The translations under genes and the position numbers were made by a program. 64,000 nt of DNA from Guillardia theta CCMP2712 (Eukaryota > Protista > Cryptophyta). Positions 58,862 through 64,000 of this stretch are shown here, piece by piece (position 1 is the first letter of the stretch; each line of letters begins with the position of its first letter). Where the stretch lies: contig NW_005434579.1 in NCBI RefSeq assembly GCF_000315625.1, positions 159,584 through 223,583 on the forward strand, read 5' to 3'. The notes under the pieces were generated by a model that saw only the letters and a list, made by a program, of their open reading frames with translations, was not told where the DNA came from and did no database searches.

Positions 58862-60192
58862 TCACGGAGACTTTTCAGGGTCTTCGGAATGTGGCGCGAC
58901 CTTCGACTCTCTGATGAAGTACTTTTGAGCATGCGAGCGGACCTGAGGCAATGTGAGAAACTCGGCTCCTCCTCCTCCTCTGCTCTTCACGTCACCTGTG
59001 CGGGAGATCTTGTCTTAACATGCGCGGCAATGAGCTCTGCAACACCCTGCAGACAAGGTTAGAGGACATGGAGGGAGCAAGAGGGCGAGCAAGACAAGAA
59101 CAGACAAGAGGAGAGGGCAGGTAACGATGTCTACCTCGCCGAGCCCCACCCGAACTCGGTTGTTGGGGGAGGGTCCCTGGGGTCTATGATACTTCTTCAA
59201 GGCTTTGAGGAAGATCTGAGAGCAGGAGAGGTCAGCCTGTCATCCTTGAGCTTCAGAACTGCCCTTACCTCGTGCTCCTCCTTGGTCCAGTACCGGCTGC
59301 AACGTTTGGTCGAGCTACCCCCTTCGCCAGCTTCAAGAGGGCGTTTGCGGCTGCTGCTCTTTCCTGGCTGCTCATCACCTGATGAGGGGCTCTGCGGAGA
59401 AGCGGAGCCTCTCTCCTCCTTCTCCTTCTTCACGCTCGCAGCTCCAGCCTTGGCCCTGGCGTTGGTCGCAGCGCCATCAAGGCTGCCCCCATGTGTGAGA
59501 GGGGAGGAGGAGGAGCGCACTCCGTACGACATGGAGTTGGTGCGTTCTCCCTCCTCGTGGGTAGAGCTGTGCCCAGCGCTCATGTTCATTCCAGGAGACT
59601 CGCGGGCTGCGAGGGACGAGACAAAATTGTTGGAGATGGAGTGTTGAGACAACTGGTCGGCAGCCAAGTTGGAACCGAGGCCGAAGATGAGATTTCTGTT
59701 GTCATGAGGCATCATCAAATTAGAGGATCCAATGGATGCCTGCATGAAAGGGTTGGGGCACAGACCGCTGGCATTCATGTTGAAAAGATCCTTCCTGTCC
59801 TCTGCCCCTTGCGTGTTTCCCAGCTTGAAGCTCAGCAGGCTAGCAATGTCCCTGGCATTCGCAGCCATGTCTTTCTGAGCCGTCTGTGCAAAAAGACCTG
59901 ACATGGTAGGGGAGGACGAGGCAGCCAAATCGTTCAGAAGCCCGCCGTGCGCTGGAGCCAACGACATCGTTGGAGTGAGCTGAGACGATACCAACCAAGG
60001 GAGCCCCACGTTGGCCGCAAGCTGGGTAGAAGGAGACTGAGCCTGTTGGGTCCTTTGATTGAGCAGGAGGAGAGATGCGGAGAGAGAGAGATTGGATATC
60101 GGGGCAGACAGAGGGACGTCAGGGGCACACGAAGTCCCATTCCCACCCTGCAACGGCCACATGCTTGGATTCGAAATCAACGTTGTAACCAT
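58862..60192 (-). CDS. SHAQKYF-class single-repeat Myb transcription factor
   Basis: SRYWTKEEHE / IFLKALKKY...VGLGE / GVAELIAAHVKTRSPAQ / VRSHAQKYFIRESK across three short introns; TGA at 58862. Confidence 0.92.
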
Positions 60193-62559
60193 CACCAGGC
60201 TCTGCCTTGCATTCGCCTCAAGGTAGGACGATAGAAGATTTCGATTCTCTCAAAAAGGCCGAAGATTCGGAGCAGCTTGTTGAGGAGAAATGCAGTGAGA
60301 TTCTTCGAGCGTTACGAAAGAAAGTCGTGTGTAAAGAAGGAAAATCTGCGAGTTCAGCGAGAAAGGGAGTGTACCAGAGGGTGGAATGAGTGAGGAACAA
60401 ACAGGGGCGAGGGCAGGGCAGAGGATACTGTTGCAGCCAGTCGGAGGAGGAGGAGGAGGAAGAAGGAGTTGGAGGGAAAGGGGTAGAGACGACTGCAAGA
60501 GGGCAGGAGCGGCGAGTAGAGGAGGGGTAAAACCCTACCACCCCACCCCTCAATCCTCACCCGACGGTAGAAAAGATGAAGACACCCCCACCAGACTTTG
60601 ACCGGAACTAGTCTGAGAACTGTGGGGTAGTACATGACAGGGGTGGTCTGTGGAAGTCTCGTCTAGGTAGAGCAAAAAGGGGATAAAAAGTGTATTGTAA
60701 CAAAATTAAAAATAAAAGTAATCATAAAACATATTTAAATAAGTCCTTGGGTACGTGGGATACAACTGCACCCTCCGCATTTCTTGTAGTCCACAGGGGT
60801 GGGTGGTCATGAGCAGGTCGAGTGTAAAGAGGGACACTGGGGTGGGGGTAGTAAGATCACGAGATGTTTCCAGTAGGGCAGAGATAAATGGGGTGGGTAG
60901 GTGGGGAGATATCAGACTAGGTCATATTACCTTCCACATGCCGATGACCCACCTGCACCTATTGAGAATTTCGTCTGTTGAGGGTGGGGTAGAAGCGGAA
61001 GCGCCCCCGGTCATGGAGGTGCATGACTCGGAGTACCCAGGGGTAGGGGTGTGAAGAGCAGTAGGGAAGCAAATTGTGGAAAAGGGGGTGGGTGGCTCAA
61101 TGGGGTTAAACGATGTCAGCTGGGGCAAATTAAAAACACTTTTATAGTTGTCATCAACTTGGTCGTGAATCATGATAGTTTCAAAATCTCATAAGGCAAT
61201 TACAAACTTCCCCGAGAAAAAGTCTGAACAACGACAAAATAGATCGAGATTTAGCGCCTATCGGGTCTCGTGACTGTTGAACATGATACGAAGATACGAC
61301 GAAGGAGTCATGGCAGCAGTACCGTGATAGAGATGGTTATGTGATCAATTGCTGTTACTGTGAGCCCCGTGACAGAAAAATACGCTGCAGTGTCTGGTAG
61401 ATTTTCATTCAATTCTATCGTGTCATTTCAATTTTTGTGATTAAGTTTGAAAATAGATCTGATTCAAACTTCATTTGAAGAATACGCCCGGATCTCTATG
61501 AGATGGATTGCTGACTGAAGCCGTTAAGATTGCTTGTGAAAGTTCATTCTTTCAAGGTATCGCTGACTCGAGCTGACCCGTGGGGTTGTGTATCTCGAAA
61601 TCGCTATAAATTACTTTTTAGATCAATGCTGATGTCAGCAGAAACAGTTCTATGGCTTAAAACAATTTTAAGCGGTATCTCCCGTAAGTAGTATCTTCTC
61701 TCGGAGGACCGACGTCCTCTCGGAGGCATCGATCAAAAAAAGACTTCTGGAAAGGGTGGTAAGGAGCCCGAACACAAGGGTAGTCAAGGGATCATGGTCA
61801 GCAGAGGGTCGGGTAGGGTCTGTATCTGTTCGTATCGTGGGCGTGAAGCATTGCGTTCCTGAGACTAGTCACGTTACCCTCCGAGGTCACGTTTCCGACC
61901 TCTTTGCCAGCTTCTGCTGCACCCCTCCGGGAGAAAAAAAGAATGCTTACACTCTTAGGGATATGACCCCCCTAAGCGCTGGATAAGACACCGGTGGGTG
62001 CTCCCTTCGCCGGTCAGCAATCCCTCTATTGGGCCACACAACTTCTCGTCGACTCGGTGGAAAATATTGACTGAAAATAACAAGCACCACAGCCCAAAAA
62101 AGAAGTACATCAGCTTAAAATAAGCGTATAAAGCTTGTAACTCAATGTACCCCCCTAAAAATAAGCACGGTAACCTAGAAATAAGCGCTGTAACCATAAG
62201 GCATTTTAATAATAAGTTAACCTGCCATGACCTCGCTATGGTAAAGCAAGAATGAAACAGCTCAGGAATGTCCAACAAGTGTCCATGCTGCTCGGCAAGA
62301 TCTTCGGCGACTGCTCCTGCTCTTTCTCCTGCTCCTCCTTCTCCTCCTCATGACCTGATTGTCGTCTCCGGTTTCTCATGCTCGCCCTACTTGTCGTCTC
62401 GTGCGCCGTGCCCTCAACAGCCACGCTGTATCTGGTTCCGCATAGCCGTCTTGTCTCTATCAAGTTTAAGCGTATAAAGTGCAAGTAATGTAAATGAAAT
62501 GTAAGGTCGACTTGAGAGGGAAAACAGGAGAGTCGCATCGGAGCAGCAGCCTAGCGCAA

Positions 62560-64000
62560 TTTACTTGATCGACGTGCTGTACCGATTTGCAAGGCAGCAA
62601 CTCAAGTCGACAGGAGCTCAATGTCAAGAAGCATTCCTCAGCTCTTCATCTACTTCAGAGTCCCCTGAACATCAGCGTAAGTCTACCCCATCCCACAAAT
62701 CCCCCTTCTATGTACCCCTCTCCTCAGAGTATATCCTTCTCCTCGTTCCTATACTCCCCATCCCCTTCCTTCATCCCCATCCTCGGAGAATACCTTCTCC
62801 TCCCTCCTATATACCCCCTTCATATGTAACCCCCTCGGATGTCTCCTCTCCTCAGAGTATACCCTTGTCCTCGTTCCTATATACTTCCTCTCCTCAGCTA
62901 CCACCATTGCTGCCACATCCTACCGCAAGAAGGAGAAGCACGACACTTACCTGACGTGACGGAGGATCGGTTGACAGACCCTCGTGTAACCATGACTGTG
63001 CTTTCCTGCATTTCCCGTTCCTCCTCTCCCTTCACCGGCAGCATCAGCATCATCACTTGGCGAATGTTGCAAGCAGACCTGGCTGACGTCGATCGACGGA
63101 GCCCAGGAGCATGTGTCAACGTCAAAGAGCGTCCTTCCTTCGCTCTCGCTCTCGCTCCCGTTCTCGTTCTAGTCGATGTTGGTCAGACAGCACACGGCAC
63201 TACCCTCAGCTCGCTCATCTCTCCTCTCTTACTTCCTGCCATACGATGCTCCTCCACCTTTCCTTCCCCTTCCCCTTCCCCTTTGTATTCCTCACGCTCG
63301 CTCGCACCCTCCCTCCCTCCCTCCCTCCCTCCCTCCCTCCCTCCCTCCCTCCCTCCCTCCCTCCCTCTCCCCAACCCCCACCCCCCTCNNNNNNNNNNNN
63401 NNNNNNNNNNNNNNNNNNNNNNNNNNNNNNNNNNNNNNNNNNNNNNNNNNNNNNNNNNNNNNNNNNNNNNNNNNNNNNNNNNNNNNNNTGTCAGGCATCT
63501 TCGTAGATGAAGCGACGAGTGGAGAGAATGGTTTAGCCTCCGTCCAATCCATTCCCTCCCCTCCTTCCCTCCCTTCCTCCCTCCCAACCTCATTGGAATG
63601 TGCCGATGCGTTGCTGGCCGACTCCTCCTCGCTCGTAACAGAGACCTGAGAACAGGGGGGATGAGTAAGAGATAACAAGAGGAACGGGAACGAGGAAGGA
63701 GAGGAGAGGAGAGGAGAGGAGAGGAGAGGAGAGGAGAGGAGAGGAGAGGAGAGGAGAGGAGAGGAGAGGAGAGGAGAGGAGAGGAGAGGAGAGGAGAGGA
63801 TAGTTGAACGGCAGTTGATCAGAGTGAAGGAAAAATGAATCCGCATGAAGCAAGTTTGTTCATTCACCGTCGCGGCGTCATCGTCCTCATTCCCGTAGTT
63901 CTCCTTCCAATCTGTGAGCAACCCACAACAGCTTCTCTCTCTCACCATCTCTCCTTCCGGCGTCGGCGACGTGCTCTCGCTCCTACTCGGCGACAGGGAT
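62560..64000 (-). CDS. Probable 3' part of a multi-exon gene of unknown product entering from the right edge
   Basis: Repeated minus-strand donor/acceptor patterns flank simple-repeat introns; short exons such as VSVTSEEESASNASAHSNE. No domain recognised. Confidence 0.35.
63389..63488. other. Assembly gap (N run)
   Basis: 100 N. Confidence 1.
63697..63800. repeat. (GAGGA)n pentamer microsatellite, probably intronic
   Basis: About 20 units. Confidence 0.95.

Noticed and set aside
61150-62500. AT-rich 1.3-kb stretch as a possible insertion or ncRNA
   Set aside because: No convincing ORF, terminal repeat or RNA motif found by eye.

Overview
Intron-rich eukaryotic nuclear DNA. It has short GT-AG introns with CTGAC-like branch points, many filled with GA/CT simple repeats, and two assembly gaps. 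Gene content and style suggest a cryptophyte alga of the Guillardia/Hanusia type (inference). About 16 protein genes are supported: an AGC-type pseudokinase, a lineage-specific hypothetical, an intronless virus/phage-like YubB/DUF1281-type gene, two tandem EF-hand paralogues around a NOL7/Bud21-like gene, an ankyrin-repeat gene, a 53-aa small ORF missed by the ORF track, a putative SPRY protein, a giant ~3,170-aa armadillo protein with ~75 repeats, a mitochondrial carrier, PNO1, a RING protein, a class I methyltransferase and a SHAQKYF Myb. There is also a tRNA-Glu(TTC) and a decayed RLE-type non-LTR retrotransposon joined to a 279-bp inverted duplication. The main unexplained pattern is architectural. 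Most intergenic spaces hold a GC-rich, palindrome-rich island, and five of them contain decayed copies of one ~130-bp element ending ...GTACTGATTTTTAACTTAACTTTGAGTAAAG. The copies are disrupted by 4-5 bp micro-duplications, and the island is usually followed by a TACCCC/GGGGTA-rich zone and then a start codon. Exon boundaries were read by eye and are approximate unless stated.
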